Source of the DNA: Amoeboradix gromovi X-113
Taxonomy: Eukaryota > Fungi > Sanchytriomycota
Reading direction: 5' to 3'
NCBI GenBank assembly: GCA_018985225.1
Contig: JADGIF010000122.1
Location: forward strand, 1 to 18,806
DNA length: 18,806 nucleotides
A model generated the notes under the pieces. That model was given only the letters and a program-made list of their open reading frames with translations, did not search any database and was not told the DNA's origin. Positions within the stretch are counted from its first letter, which is position 1, and each line of letters starts with the position of its first letter. Below, in pieces: positions 18,683 through 18,806 of this stretch. The position numbers were made by a program, and so were the translations under genes.

Positions 18683-18806
18683 GGGACATCAAATATAAAA
18701 ACTGGACTAACTTTCTGTAACAACTTGGGACATTATTTCAGCTTTATTACTTTATGGATTTAAGAGGCGAGTGGACATTCAGCTAGTTGCGGAGTTGACG
18801 AGTATA
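18683..18806 (+). mobile_element. Left end of another copy of the GGGACATC-TIR transposon; runs off the window end
   Basis: Aligns with 3236-3360 with about 7 differences in 125 nt by manual count, and includes the complete 30-bp left TIR. Confidence 0.93.

Noticed and set aside
1-18806. CRISPR array, tRNA or rRNA genes, prokaryotic operon
   Set aside because: No regularly spaced direct repeats, cloverleaf or rRNA motifs were seen. Gene content and the spliceosomal intron are eukaryotic despite operon-like density.

Overview
AT-rich, very gene-dense eukaryotic DNA, most consistent with a compact early-diverging fungal or holomycotan genome. The gene set is fungal-type and includes the ciliary gene FAM92/CIBAR; the organism cannot be fixed from sequence alone. 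Ten conserved genes are recognisable: a DOMON-cytochrome b561 protein, a PQ-loop transporter, COQ3, a HECT E3 ligase, REV1, ADE16/17 (PurH), UreF, FAM92, ARP4 (with a 21-nt intron the ORF track misses) and an N-terminally short SPT6. The most interesting content is not in the ORF track: a family of terminal-inverted-repeat (TIR) DNA transposons with GGGACAYC ends. A ~600-bp copy with both ends (3236-3829) carries the C-terminal zinc finger and RuvC-III motif of a Fanzor/TnpB RNA-guided nuclease, followed by a candidate omegaRNA region. Two more left ends of the family bound the window (1-65 and 18683-18806). A second, heavily decayed TnpB/Fanzor-like relic with a related right end lies on the minus strand at about 7433-8100.
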